In this document: piece by piece, positions 1-11,476 of the stretch
How the letters are laid out: each line of letters opens with the position of its first letter
Position numbering within the stretch: the stretch's first letter is position 1
Assembly (NCBI GenBank): GCA_963804995.1
Contig: CAWDSK010000005.1
Span: forward strand, 1,120,001 to 1,184,000
Direction of reading: 5' to 3'
Source: an uncultured Acidobacteriota bacterium
GTDB taxonomy: Bacteria > Acidobacteriota > Terriglobia > UBA7540
Length of the DNA stretch: 64,000 bases
Notes under the pieces: generated by a model
Told to the model about the DNA's origin: nothing
What the model saw: the letters and a program-made list of their open reading frames with translations, nothing else
Databases searched by the model: none
Made by a program: the position numbers and the translations under genes

Positions 1-1455
1 GTTGAACCCCTCATAGACGGAGTCGCCGAATACGATTCCAGGCTGCGTCGTGTTCAGGGTGGGAAAGACGGGGGTACTCCGTTCGAATCCCAAGACCGAC
101 TCCAGGGTCACGTTCGGGGAGATATTGCGGGTGTACCGGAGCCCGGCATTCTTTTGGTGATCCAGGAAATGGACAGCAAAGCTCGGGTCAATCGCGGTCT
201 GATCGGGATTGGAGGTCGGGCCGGTGACGTTGTTCAAACTAAACCGCGCGAAGAGTTGTGCCACGTCGGAGATACGGTGATCGATGCGCACGGAGAACTG
301 ATCGCTTATCGTCGATACCTTCGATGAGGTCGAATAGGTGCGCGCGCCGTAGGGGCCTTGCGGATTGTCAGGCAGGGGGTAGCGGGCGAGAATGGGAGCG
401 ACGGAAGCGCTGACCGGCACAATCAGTGCGTCCCCCGGAAAGGCTGTGCGGTCGATCCCACTACGCTCCTCGGCTGTAGGGACAGGAAACACTTGCGTCG
501 TGCCCAGCACCTGCCGGAACCCCTGGTATTCCCCAAAGTAGAACGTGCGGCCGCGGCCATTGTAGAGGCCGGGGAGGATTACCGGACCGCCGTTCGTGAA
601 GCCGAATTCATTGCGGATGAATGGCGGGATGCGGCCGGGCAGGGAGTCGGTGCGCCGGTCGAAATAATTCCGCGCGTCAAAGGCGGCATTGCGCACAAAT
701 TCGAATACCGATCCGTGCACGAAATCGGTCCCGGATTTGGTCACCACGTTCGTGAAGCTCGCCGCGCCGTGCCCAACCTCCGGCGGCATGACGCCGGAGC
801 TAGCGCGAATCTCCTGGATGGCGTCTATGTTGAAGTTTGAGAAGGTCGCTCCGCCCAGCGACGCGTCGGTGGAATCGATGCCGTCCATGGCGAACACCGC
901 GGTCGTCCCGCGCTGGCCGTTCACCGCGAACTGTTGGGTGAAATTGGCCGCGCCATTGGTGTCCGTCATGGCGCCGGCCGCCAACAAAAGCAGTTGGCTG
1001 AAATCACGCTTGTTGAGGGGCAACTCGGAGATCTGGCGGCTGGAAAGTCGCTCGCCGCCGGTGGCCTGGGCTTGGGATCCGGGCGGAGCGGAGTGCAACA
1101 CTACCTGTAGAGGTTCCTTCGCGAACTCGAGCCACGCCGCGACGTGCTCACCGGCGTTAATCACCAGCGGTTTCTCACAGGGTGCCGCCAGTCCCAGCCA
1201 ATGGACACTGAGGGAATACGTTCCGGGAAGAAGGTCGGTGAAACTGAAGGTCCCGGCAGCGTCCGTGGTCGACGTCCGGGGCCATTTCTCCTGGAGTTCG
1301 CGCAGCTCGACCGTGGCGCCTGCCAAGGGCTTCCCCTCGGTCGTGCGGACCACTCCCCGCCACGCCGCTGGAGCCGATTGCCCCCAGCAAATTCCCGAAA
1401 CCAAGCCCAGCCACAGGCAAACGAATCCCGTCAGGAATGTTCGGGCGTGCCTCAT
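1..1455 (-). CDS. TonB-dependent receptor with N-terminal carboxypeptidase-regulatory-like domain (runs off window start)
   Basis: Manual minus-strand translation from ATG 1455: MRHARTFLTGFVCLWLGLVSGICWGQ signal peptide, TTDAAGTFSFTDLLPGTYSL, ISELPLNKRDFSQLLLL, FAVNGQRG, IQEIRASS, VTKSGTDFVHGSVFEFVRNAAFDARNYF, RNEFGFTNGGP. These motifs are typical of Oar-like TonB receptors. Confidence 0.88.
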   Translation of the reverse strand, partial: MRHARTFLTGFVCLWLGLVSGICWGQSAPAAWRGVVRTTEGKPLAGATVELRELQEKWPRTSTTDAAGTFSFTDLLPGTYSLSVHWLGLAAPCEKPLVINAGEHVAAWLEFAKEPLQVVLHSAPPGSQAQATGGERLSSRQISELPLNKRDFSQLLLLAAGAMTDTNGAANFTQQFAVNGQRGTTAVFAMDGIDSTDASLGGATFSNFNIDAIQEIRASSGVMPPEVGHGAASFTNVVTKSGTDFVHGSVFEFVRNAAFDARNYFDRRTDSLPGRIPPFIRNEFGFTNGGPVILPGLYNGRGRTFYFGEYQGFRQVLGTTQVFPVPTAEERSGIDRTAFPGDALIVPVSASVAPILARYPLPDNPQGPYGARTYSTSSKVSTISDQFSVRIDHRISDVAQLFARFSLNNVTGPTSNPDQTAIDPSFAVHFLDHQKNAGLRYTRNISPNVTLESVLGFERSTPVFPTLNTTQPGIVFGDSVYEGFN

Positions 1456-1507
1456 GCTGAGAACCTGCCTGGAACCTTCAGCGAAAGTATGCGAGCCCGG
1501 CCCGCGA

Positions 1508-4500
1508 TTACTGACCGTCCGGCATCTGGTCGGGCAAATCAAGATAGGCCCCGGCGAAGACCAGTCCCCTTTGGACGGGCAGCGTAACACTCACGTGGTT
1601 CTTCGCGCCGGCCCGGGTTTCACTATCCAGGCTGGCGAAATAGCAGCGCGTCTTGCCCCGCTCCTGGGTGCGCAATGTCTTGAAGGGATGCAGGGCCTTC
1701 GGGACACCGTTGACCACGGCGGTCAGCGAGGCAGAGGGGGTGAAGCTGACCTCGCCTGCCGGGGACGTAGTCTTGCCTCCGAGGAGTTGATCTCCTACCC
1801 ACTGGTTATTCTGCTCGACATTCTCATCCTTTATTAGGAATACGAGATAGGCTTTATCGTGCGCCCAGGGCTCCTTGGACCAGGCAGATTCAGGAGTGGG
1901 ACTCGCCAGCAACTCCCTACCGCTTTGCGGAAAGTCGAAGTCGCTCTTGAGCGTTGCTGCCTCCGTCGACGTATCGGCGAGACGCCAGTTGCCGATATAG
2001 CGGGAGACCTGCTGCGCGCGCGCGTCCTCGGGCGGGAAGTTGTGTTCTCCTTTGGCCTCGGAGGCCGGAGCAATCCACAAAATACGCACTTCCTTGCCCG
2101 GCACGGTAACGCGCAGTTTGCTCCCCTGAGGGTATTCGCCGTTCGCGGGCCCGCGCAGGGACATGCCTCCCGGGTATACGTCATCAACTATGAAGTGGGT
2201 CGACGCGGGAGCGTCCAGAGAAAGCTCAAGCTCGGCGATCTGCGTCGCGGCTCCGGGATTGATGAGGAAAACGTAGCCGCGATCTCCTCGAATGTGGGAA
2301 TAGCCGGTCAAACTGTCTGCGTCACCCTGAATGATGTCGGCGTAGCTCACCGAGCGATCAAAGAGCTTGTCGTTCTGCTTCAGGTAATCCTTGTTGGCTT
2401 TGGCCCAATCTTCCCAGTGTTGAGTGAATTGGAATTCGCTTTCGGGCACATTGTCCGGAGCGTCGTCAAACGTCAGTTGGCCTGCCAGCGCCAGGGCACT
2501 CAACAACGCATAACGATAGCCTGCACGGTCATGGTGATGGCTCTCCATGCCAAAGTGATTGACGTTATTCAGCACGTGGTACCAGGGCCGCAACAATCCT
2601 TCGTGCGCCAAGCCATATAGGTAACCCCGATTCATGTCCGCATACAGACGATCAAGATGGATGTCCGGCTCGACCCCGGGATTGGCATCATAGCCTCCCC
2701 CGTGATGGCGGCTGTCAGCAAACCGGCCATACTGGGGATTATCCAGTCCGCTGTCTGCCCCGAGCATCAAGCCCGGCACCGCCTCATGCATTTCCTGGGC
2801 TAGGCGGACCATCCGTTGGCCTTGGGCATAAATCGAATACTTTCCTGGCAGGTGACCGTGCTCAGTCTTATCGCACGGCCACACGGTCCAGAAATCGGCC
2901 CAGTGGAAGCCGCGCAGGTTGTACTTCCGCACCAGCTCGAAGGATCTGCCGAAAGTAGGTTTCTGATTCCGGCGTCAGCTTGCACAGGTAGGGCTCCCAG
3001 TAAGGTGTCATATAGCCCCAGCCGAAGCTCGAACCGAAGTCGTTCCACCAGCCCGTGCCGATGTCGTATTTGTTCGCTAGATCGACCCAGCGCTTGGTTA
3101 GATCGGACGGTATCAGCAGTTCGATGTTGGTAGGGGTGTAGCTATCCATATACTGGACGCCTAACTTGTGGGCCGTAGCGAAGAACCTCTCGGCCCACTC
3201 GGGGTCCTTTTGAAGCTCCTCCGTGCCGACTTTGGCATCCCATCCTTCCAGGTAGATATCGGGGAATTGCTTGTGCACAGGGGACACTTGCGTCTGGTAC
3301 TCGATCACCCAGTCGCGAACGCCACGATCAAATCCGTCCACCTGTTCTCCGGCGAGGCGGTACACCCCGACCACTGCCTTCTCGCCCTCGAATGTCCCAC
3401 CCGCATGGACTGTGACGCCGGGGTAGTACGTCATCGTATCGCCGCGGTGGTCCCAATAGACGGTTTCAAGACACTGGAAGAAGCCACCTTTCTCCGTGCG
3501 TGATACTGGATAGGTGAGCTCAGGTCCGGCGAAAAGATCGAGCAAACGCTCAAGACCCAACGAAGAGACGGTCACGTCCAGGACTTGCAACTCGGAATCA
3601 CTTTTGTTCTTGAAGGTGAACCACTTATGGTAGAAATGGTCCTGGCGCCGCAGTTCGTAGTGGACCGACAGATCTGCCCCGGGCAACGTCAAATCCACAC
3701 GTGCTTGGCTCGTATCCGCAGTCGATCCGGATGTGTCCACGCCTACCAGGGTGAAGTTGGCGGGAACGAGTCCCCCCTTCGAGGTTTCGATCACAAATGG
3801 CCGGGAGTTGGGTGTGCCTGCGCTCTCGCCCGTTACCAGGTTCGTGAGGCGTGCCTCTTTCAGGCCGTCAGTGGTCGAGATCTCTAGTTGCAGGAAGCCG
3901 TTCTTAAGCTGCACGACACTCTTCCTGGGCGTGACAACGGAACTGGGGGCCTTTGCCCAGCGGCTCTCCGCCACAATCAGCGTTGGCCGCAGCGTGTCCG
4001 TAACGATCCGGGTTGGCTTAGGTTCGATGACCAGCGGTCCGGCGCGATCATCCGGGTTGTCGCTCCCCCACTCGTTGTAGTACTGACCCTCGCGGTCATC
4101 GCGCACAGGAACGAGACGGGCAGGAGGGTTCACTACCTGGAAGGCAACGTCACTGTAAGCTTCGAGCTCACAAACGAAGATCCCTAGGCGCTCCGGCAAC
4201 CGTCGCGCTTCGGGGTCAGGAGGTTCCGTGAAGAGAAGGCGCAGGCGGGTGGTGGTAACCGGCTCCAGAGTGTAGCGGACGGAGCTGGTTTCTTGTCCCA
4301 CGATTTGGGCCTTGGCATCTTTCCAGTTGTTTTGATCCCAAAATTGCAGCCGTGCCCACTCCTGAGTGCGGGCCATCGCCGGTCCGCGCACCATGCGGCC
4401 GTCGAAATAACGGACTACCACGCTGGAGATTTTTTGCGCCGTAGGCCACTCGACACCGATGTCACCGGGAAGGTCTTCCGCCCGTACAGCCCAGTAGGTG

Positions 4501-4709
4501 TGTAGACTGCCATCGTTCACTTTGGAAGGCTCGTGCTCTGGGACAACGGTGACGCCGGGCTCCCACGAATGAGCGCGTGCTCCCAGGGCCGACAATGCCA
4601 GATTGTTCGCACTCGCGCCGAAACAGCCCGCCGCTCCCGCAGCGAGGGTGAAGAGAAGGAATGCAAGCCTTGCGAGCAGGCGCTGAGCTTTGGTGCGACC
4701 GCGTGTCAT
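1508..4709 (-). CDS. Large secreted protein (~1065 aa): discoidin/F5-8-like N-terminal domain plus glycoside-hydrolase-like core; split by a +1 frameshift at ~2941
   Basis: ORFs 2868-4763 and 1508-2932 join as ...RQILELVRKYNLRGFHWADF if one base is removed. Signal peptide after MTRGRTK (ATG 4709); VNDGSLHTYW...VTTTRLRLLF...ELEAY is a discoidin-like pattern. Confidence 0.6.
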
Positions 4710-4989
4710 AGCAGTTCTCCTATTCAGACTGGCCCGTTGGACGGAACTCCCATGCAGGTCCATTTAGGTTGAGTTCCCCGATGCCGGGGGTCGCTTTTAA
4801 GGATGCCGTGAGGGTGCTGTGATACCCGGAGATTGGTTAGAAATTGAAAGCGCCAGGGTGTCATTGATGAGGACAGCCGCGCCCTTGTACGCCGAGCGCG
4901 CCAAGATTGACAGAGAAGTGTAGTTATCAAGGATCACAAAATCAACTGGAATCTCGCCCGCTTGTGGTATATTCCGGCCGGCTCAAGGA

Positions 4990-5081
4990 CCTGTCGCCGC
5001 GAGGCATTCCTGTAAGTCGGGTGTCTCAGTTTCCGCCATCGCCTAAGAAACAGGCTTCAATATCAATTCGCCAGCGACAGG
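4990..5081. mobile_element. ~92-bp MITE-like element with CCTGTCGC inverted ends
   Basis: cctgtcgccgcga at 4990 and tcgccagcgacagg ending 5081; it abuts the break point of the integrase fragment. Confidence 0.4.
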
Positions 5082-5442
5082 CGCCCCAATACGGGTTCGC
5101 CGTCGCCATCCGCTGGACTAAAGCTCTGACCTCCGAATTCGCTGGCGGCCGACCCCCACTTTTCCGCTGTGAAATCTTGGCCCAATAGACTCGGAAACCC
5201 ATTCGCTGCCAACCGACAACCGTGTCACCGTTCACCAAGTGCAAGGCCTGTCGCCAAGGGGCCCAGATTCGGGAAAGCACGACCCAAAACAATCGGTCCT
5301 TCCTCTGCAGTCTCGGCACTCCCTTCCTTCTCTTGAGTACTCCCAGCCGTTGTCGCAAAGCCAGATTCTCCAGAGCCAAGTCACGGCGCTCTCTAAGAGC
5401 GGCAATTATGAAAATGGCCAGCCATCGCAGTGTCACGATCAT
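5082..5442 (-). pseudogene. N-terminal fragment of IS3/IS481-like integrase-core transposase
   Basis: LALENLALRQRLGVLKR...DRLFWVVLSRIW...GGRPP...RMATANPYWGA, then abruptly truncated. Confidence 0.75.
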
Positions 5443-5511
5443 GGGATGGAGTGTGGAGGTAACGACCTGAAGAAGCAACAGATTTCGAGCTGACGGAGTT
5501 TTGGCGATGGA

Positions 5512-7467
5512 GTGTGTCCAGCAAAGGCTGGTATGTTCAGTGGGAGTTAGTCCCACCAAGGCAAGAGTCAGGAGCCTTGTAGCTTGGGTCGCATCCGTGG
5601 AGGAAACGAAGCGGATGAAGCTGACCGACAAAGCCATCCAAGGGATGGTGAGCGAGTCACCGGGCCGTAACGCAAGTGAACCCATAGGTGGCCTCGACAA
5701 AAAAATAGATCCGGAGGCCGAGCCCTCTCCTTCGGGGCGAAGGCAGCATGGCATGACGTGGGCTGACCGAGACGACATGTCACTCCGGCGGGGTGGTAGG
5801 GGCAGCACGGTGGCAAGGGCATGTCAAGCAACTGGAGAAACCGTCCTCGTCCCATCGAGAGATCGGTGGAGCAGGGTAGGCCGTATAACCGGAGACAACG
5901 GGAAATCGGCTGACGGCGAGACGGTGGCGGTTAGGCTCGAAGTAGCGACGAAGTGGGGTAACGCCCATGGAGCGAAGGGGCCTTGCTGCACAGCAAGTCT
6001 TGGCCAACATGGGAGGCAGGGGTGAAATGATAAAAGCGCCCTTTAAGCTGCAAGACCTGCGGCGAAGACTTTACGTCAAGGCGAAGGCTGAACCGACTTG
6101 GCGATTCTGGGGGTTGTATGTCCACGTCTGCAAACGAGAAACTCTCTGGGAAGCGTATCAGCTAGCTAAGGAGAACAAGGGAGCCCCAGGAGTAGATGGG
6201 GTCACGTTCCAGGCAATCGAGGCTGAAGGCTTGCAGGGATTTCTCGAACAGCTTCGCGAGGAGCTGGTGCAGCGGAGATATCGACCTCGACGGCTGCGGA
6301 AGGTAGGGATTCCGAAGGAGGGCGGAAAGGTTCGCCAACTTTCGATTCCTTGCATTCGCGACCGAGTGGTCCAGGGAGCGTTGAAGCTGATCCTGGAACC
6401 GATCTTTGAGGCCGATTTCCAACCGGGATCGTTTGGCTACCGGCCGAAGAAGTCAGCCCACGCTGCGATTCAACGCGTCTCGGAGGCAATCGTGCGGCAC
6501 ATGACCTTTGTCGTTGATCTCAACTTGCGTTCCTACTTCGATACGGTTCGACATTCCCTCGTACTGGAGAAGGTGGCACGGCGAGTGAACGACACCGAGG
6601 TCCTAGGGCTGCTCAAACTGCTGCTGAAGGCGTCGGGGAAGCAGGGTGTTCCGCAAGGCGGGGTGATTTCGCCCTTGCTCAGTAACGTGTACCTCAATGA
6701 GGTGGACAAGATGCTGGAAAAGGCGAAGGAAGTCACCCGCGAGGGGCGGTGGATGAACGTCGAATATGCCAGATTCGCCGATGATCTGGTGGTTCTGGTG
6801 AACGCTCATCCCCGGCAGGCCTGGCTTCGCAAGGCAGTGGAAAAGCGGCTACGGGAGGAGTTGGCCAAGCTGCAGGTTGAGGTGAACGAGGAGAAAAGCC
6901 GGAGGGTGGATCTTCAGCAAGGAGAGAGTTTCGGATTTCTGGGGTTTGAGTTCCGTCGCATCCGCAGTCGGCGGGGCCGATGGATGCCGCTGCGTACGCC
7001 GCGGGGCAAGAAGCGGACGGCATTGCTACGCAAGCTCAAGCTAGTTTTCCGGAGCTATCGCTCTCAGCCTGTGAGGGGGTTGATCGAGCAGATCAATCCC
7101 ATTCTGCGCGGCTGGGTGAACTACTTTGCGGTCGGGCACTCCAGCCGGTGCTTCTCGTATATCCGCGACTGGGTAGAGAAGAAGATTCGGTGCCACTTGG
7201 CGAGGGCCAGACAACGCCCAGGCTTCGGATGGAAGCGGTGGCGTAAGGAGTGGCTGTATGGCACGCTCGGGCTCTTCCACGAGTACCGCGTGGTCCATCA
7301 GTCATCCTCCTGGGCAGCCGCCCCGACCCGATAGGCCCCATAACCCTTGCCGTGAAGTGTGCAGGAACGCGTAGTGCGGGAAATCCGCACGCTACGTGTG
7401 ATGTGGCGGGAGCTGGAAACGGGGCTCGGAGCTTTCTCGGAGCCGCCGCGCCAGTTCCCGACCCTAC
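5512..7467 (+). mobile_element. Group II intron (ribozyme plus IEP)
   Basis: 5' GTGTG at 5512; domain V ACGCGTAGTGCGGGAAATCCGCACGCTACGTGT (~7367-7399); domain VI ending CCCGACCCTAC at 7467. Confidence 0.88.
6027..7334 (+). CDS. ltrA: Group II intron reverse transcriptase/maturase, no endonuclease domain
   Basis: GAPGVDG, IPKEGGKVRQLSIP, GVPQGGVISPLLSN, YARFADD, FGFLGFEF and maturase INPILRGWVNYF; GGAGG upstream of ATG 6027. Confidence 0.93.
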   Translation: MIKAPFKLQDLRRRLYVKAKAEPTWRFWGLYVHVCKRETLWEAYQLAKENKGAPGVDGVTFQAIEAEGLQGFLEQLREELVQRRYRPRRLRKVGIPKEGGKVRQLSIPCIRDRVVQGALKLILEPIFEADFQPGSFGYRPKKSAHAAIQRVSEAIVRHMTFVVDLNLRSYFDTVRHSLVLEKVARRVNDTEVLGLLKLLLKASGKQGVPQGGVISPLLSNVYLNEVDKMLEKAKEVTREGRWMNVEYARFADDLVVLVNAHPRQAWLRKAVEKRLREELAKLQVEVNEEKSRRVDLQQGESFGFLGFEFRRIRSRRGRWMPLRTPRGKKRTALLRKLKLVFRSYRSQPVRGLIEQINPILRGWVNYFAVGHSSRCFSYIRDWVEKKIRCHLARARQRPGFGWKRWRKEWLYGTLGLFHEYRVVHQSSSWAAAPTR

Positions 7468-7491
7468 CACCGCACTCCAATGTTGCTGATT

Positions 7492-8862
7492 TCATAGCCT
7501 GACGGAACTGTGGCGAGCGACAGCCGCGGTGGAATTTGACGCTGGCACGCGGTGGGTGGCGTCAATCGTCATCCAAAGGATGCTGCCGAGAAATGCCAGA
7601 GCGCTGCCTACCGTGAAGGCTCCCGCCCAGCCGACCTGCTGGGCGATCCAGGCGCTTAGGAACGCGGCCAGTCCGCCGCCGAAATTCCCACCCGTATTCA
7701 TCAGGCCCGCCGCCGTGCCCGCGGCATGCCGTGCGAACCCCGTGGCGGTCGTCCAAGCCGGTCCCTCGGCGCCCCACGCGAAGGCCGCACCCAAGGAGAG
7801 CACCAACACCGCAACGCGGGCATCGGCCGCATGCGCCCCCACGTAGACCAGCACCGCGGCGGCGGACAGGCACACGACGGGAACAATCCGACGTCCCCGC
7901 CGGGCGCCCAGCCGCCCGCTCAGCCAATCACTCAGCGCACCGAAGGCGGGCGTGGTGATGCTCCCCAGTATGAAAGGGAGGGCGCTTGCCATGCCGCCAC
8001 GCAGGATGCTGAACTTGCGCACTTCCACCAGGTAGATGAAACCCCACCAGAGGAACATGTATTCGACGTAGCACTCCAGGCCGTACACGATGACGACCTT
8101 CCACACCTGACCGTCCTTTAATAACACCTTCCATGCGCCCTGGGGCGGGGGTGAGGGTTCCGCTGCCGTGCTGTCGGCGACAATGATTTCCAATTCACGC
8201 TGATTCACGCCCCGGTGGTCTCGGGGGTGGTCGGTGGCGTACCACGTCCACAGCAGCGCCAGGGGCGGGCCGATTGTGGAGATAGCCAACAACCCGCCGC
8301 GCCAGCCCAGATGCACCAGCATGTACGAGCCCAACGGCGCATTGATGGCCGATCCGATCAGGCATCCCGTTACGAGGGCGCCATTGGCAAAGGCTCTTTC
8401 CGACTTCCCCAGCCAGTGCGAAATAGCGTTGGCCGCCCCGGGAAACATGGGCGTCTGCGAAACTGCCAGCGCCACCTGCACGAGCAGCAGGGACGCGATG
8501 ACCCCGGTAGCGGAGGTGACAATCCTCCCCGGAAGCACCGCCGTCAGAATGGTCAGCAATGACCAGCTCATGGCGGCAACGCCCAGGGTCAACCGCGGGC
8601 CGAAGCGGTCCGTCCAGATCCCGCCCATGGTCATGCAGGCTGTGTAGCTGAAGAGAAACGCAGAAAAGACCCATCCCAGCCGGACTGGCGATAGATTGAA
8701 CTCATGCATGATCGGCTGGCCGGCAATGGAAATATTCATCCTGAGCACATAACTCAACATAGCGAGACCGACCAGCAGAGTCAGGATCCGCCAACGTACG
8801 CGGGTTGGCCTGGCGGCTTTGTCCGCCTCCCTCGCAGGCGTGATCTCGTGAGCGTTGCTCAT
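7492..8862 (-). CDS. MFS transporter (anion:cation symporter-like)
   Basis: Multiple TM segments, RWRILTLL, LRMNISIA, DRFGPR motif, ERAFANG. Confidence 0.9.
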   Translation of the reverse strand: MSNAHEITPAREADKAARPTRVRWRILTLLVGLAMLSYVLRMNISIAGQPIMHEFNLSPVRLGWVFSAFLFSYTACMTMGGIWTDRFGPRLTLGVAAMSWSLLTILTAVLPGRIVTSATGVIASLLLVQVALAVSQTPMFPGAANAISHWLGKSERAFANGALVTGCLIGSAINAPLGSYMLVHLGWRGGLLAISTIGPPLALLWTWYATDHPRDHRGVNQRELEIIVADSTAAEPSPPPQGAWKVLLKDGQVWKVVIVYGLECYVEYMFLWWGFIYLVEVRKFSILRGGMASALPFILGSITTPAFGALSDWLSGRLGARRGRRIVPVVCLSAAAVLVYVGAHAADARVAVLVLSLGAAFAWGAEGPAWTTATGFARHAAGTAAGLMNTGGNFGGGLAAFLSAWIAQQVGWAGAFTVGSALAFLGSILWMTIDATHRVPASNSTAAVARHSSVRL

Positions 8863-8888
8863 TCGTTAACCAGAGTTCTCATGGGCGT

Positions 8889-10134
8889 TTACCGGACGCG
8901 ATAGAGCATCTCGCCGGCGCGCGGTACTACCAGGATGCCCTCGTCCTCGCGACCTTCCCACTCCTTGAGTTTGACAGTCGCGGGATCAAGGTAATCCAGG
9001 TTGGCATGCTCCGTACGCTCTTTTGAGATGCTGGTGGCGAGTGTCACCCGCACGCGCATTGCCTCCTTGCCCGTTCGAGGGGTCGTACTCACCCAGCCCT
9101 CTGAGGCACGCCAGGTGTCCCAGAACTCCGCCGGGGTAGGATCCGAACTTCTCCCAGTGGGCGCGGAAGTAGCCGAGGGAGTGGAAACCGACTTCCTCAA
9201 TCATCCTGCCGTGCATATAACTGAACTCAGTAATGTGCGGCGCGAAAATTACCACCTCACCGCCATCGGCCACCGCGGGCTCCACCTTGTACATGCCCTT
9301 GGAGCCCGTCCAGATGTCGTCGTAGAGCCGGGGCATCACAGAAAGCACGCGCTGGAAGGGCTTCTTCACGTAGATGACGTGCTTTTGAGCGGAGAGCGCC
9401 GCAGCGGCTTGCCACGCCACCTGCGGCGTGCCGAAATAGATCCCTGACGTTCCTTCCTCCGTCACCACGAGCGCGAAACAAGCCGCCGGCCGGTCAATGA
9501 AGCTCGCGGCGCGGTCGATAATGGCGCGCACCGGCGTGTATCCCGCACCGATGGTCTTGAAGACGGTCAGGAGCGCGCCGAACCAGTGCGTCAGGTTGAT
9601 GACCTCCGGTCCGGCAATGCCGGGGAAGAAATACTTGGTGCCTCCGGAGAAACCGACGACCTCATGCGGGAAGAGCGGCCCGCAGATGAGGAGCTGGTCA
9701 TATTCGTAGATCAGCCGGTTGAGCCGCACCGGCACTTCCTCGGTCAGCAGCCCGCCCGTGAGCTCTGAGATCTCCGCGGCGGGGATCACGCCCAGGGTGG
9801 CAAAGGTGGAAGGATCGTTCCAGTGATGGTTGAAAATTCGGCTCCTGCCGATTTTCCCGTTAATCACCGGGCGGCCGACGTGCCGCGTGAGGTGCTCGTC
9901 GGTCATCGCCGGGTGCGTGCCAAGCGCCACCAGGAAATCCAGTGCGGCCACACGCGGGGCAAGGTTCGCTTCCAGCAAGTCAAACATCAGGGGCATGGGC
10001 ATGGTGCGCGTGCCGTCGGGGATGATGACCAGCACACGCTTTCCATCCACCGCCAGCGAGCCCAGAGCCTCCTCGACGACCCGACTGACCTCTTCCCGGG
10101 TTAAATAGCGATCCGCAAATCCTGTCCCGATCAT
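8889..10134 (-). CDS. larA: LarA-family nickel-pincer-dependent racemase/epimerase; +1 frameshift at ~9076
   Basis: IIPDGTRT, ALGTH, FPHEVVGFSGGTK motifs; the C-terminus continues in ORF 8889-9200 (RVRVTLATSI...LYRVR). Confidence 0.8.
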
Positions 10135-10147
10135 CAACGACCCCTGT

Positions 10148-11476
10148 TCACGCTCCTTCGACCTTCGTCCTTATGCTTCTGGCTTCCCGCAACGCGTCTT
10201 CGATTTTGTTCAGCGACTCATCGATGTCGGCGAGGGAATGCTGGGAAGAGAAACCATGGTGCATGGTGTGGCCGTAGTCGTGGAAGTACAGTCCCCGGCC
10301 GAGGCAGCCCTTGAGGAAGCGCTTTTCCATCTCGCGATTACTGCGCGCGGCCTGCCGGTAGTTCGTGACAGGCTCGGTCACACCGAAGTAGAGCCCGAAG
10401 CGTGCGCCGATTCCCTGAATGACGGCCGGCACGCCCGTTGTCCGCAGCGCCTCAGCAATCCCTTTGTAAAGCCGATCAGCCAGCACGTTGATGTGTGCGT
10501 AGAAACCGGGCTTGGCGAGTTCCATCTGGCAGGCAATGGCCGCCATCACAGCCGTGAGGTGCCCCGTATAAGTTCCGCTCATGACCGTCTTGCCCAGGGG
10601 ATTCAGCACGGACATGACCTGCTTATTGCCACACACGGCGGCGATCGGAACGCCGCCCCCTAACGCCTTGGCCAGCGTGCAGAGATCCGGCGTGATCCCG
10701 TAGTATTCCTGCGCGCCCCCACGACCCATGCGGAATCCGGACAGGACCTCGTCAAAGATCAGGACAATACCCATTTCCGTACAAATCCGGCGGACCTCTC
10801 GAAGGAATTCGGGGTCGGAAGGAATGCAGCCCTGGTTGTACGAAATCGGCTCCATGATGACTGCCGCCAGTTCGTCGCGATGCGCCCGCACCACGCGCTG
10901 GAAAGTTTCAAGGTCATTGAACGGTGTCACCAGGATGAGCTGCGCCAATTCCGGAGGCATTCCGGCGGATTCGGCGAGGGGCGTGATGGTCCCGTCCGCG
11001 CCGAGTTCACCCACCCCGGCCGCACAGTTATACCAGAGGTAATCGTGCATGCCGTGGAAGTGGCCCTCGAACTTGAGGATTTTGGACTTCCCCGTGTAAC
11101 CGCGGGCAATGCGGATGGCTCCCATCGTGGACTCGGTGCCGCTGTTGGCGAAGCGTACCATCTCCGCGCAGGGAACAGCCTCCGAGACAAGTTCTGCCAG
11201 CCGCGCATGGTATTCGGTTTCGCCGTTGCAGATGACGCCGATATCCAACGCTCGCTGGATGGCTTCCCGGGTGGCGGGATGATTGTGGCCAAGAAAATTA
11301 GCTCCACTGCCCGTGAAGAAATCGATGTACTCTTTGCCATCGACGTCCCACAGGCGCGAGCCCTGGCCGCGAGAGAAATAGAGTGCCTGGCCGAGCAGGG
11401 GATGGAAGCGCCCGCCCGCTCCCACTCCGCCCACCAGGTGCTTCTGGGCGCGCGCGAAAAGTTCGTCAGACTTCAT
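10148..11476 (-). CDS. Class III PLP aminotransferase (glutamate-1-semialdehyde aminomutase-like)
   Basis: WDVDGKEYIDF, FANSGTES, FEGHFHG, IFDEVLSGFR, LAKALGGG (PLP lysine), SGTY. Confidence 0.9.
   Translation of the reverse strand: MKSDELFARAQKHLVGGVGAGGRFHPLLGQALYFSRGQGSRLWDVDGKEYIDFFTGSGANFLGHNHPATREAIQRALDIGVICNGETEYHARLAELVSEAVPCAEMVRFANSGTESTMGAIRIARGYTGKSKILKFEGHFHGMHDYLWYNCAAGVGELGADGTITPLAESAGMPPELAQLILVTPFNDLETFQRVVRAHRDELAAVIMEPISYNQGCIPSDPEFLREVRRICTEMGIVLIFDEVLSGFRMGRGGAQEYYGITPDLCTLAKALGGGVPIAAVCGNKQVMSVLNPLGKTVMSGTYTGHLTAVMAAIACQMELAKPGFYAHINVLADRLYKGIAEALRTTGVPAVIQGIGARFGLYFGVTEPVTNYRQAARSNREMEKRFLKGCLGRGLYFHDYGHTMHHGFSSQHSLADIDESLNKIEDALREARSIRTKVEGA

Noticed and set aside
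689..1837. Long plus-strand ORF (and similar ORFs at 14932-16089, 32521-33585, 38768-39985, 39351-40610, 43753-44958, 45652-46956, 58974-60374)
   Set aside because: Antisense or alternate-frame shadows of recognisable genes in GC-rich DNA.
6027..7334. RT as retron, DGR or defence RT
   Set aside because: Maturase domain plus canonical intron 5' end and domains V/VI identify a group II intron.
10148..11476. Calling the aminotransferase hemL
   Set aside because: Same family, but there is no tetrapyrrole context and it sits in a catabolic-type operon; likely a paralog.
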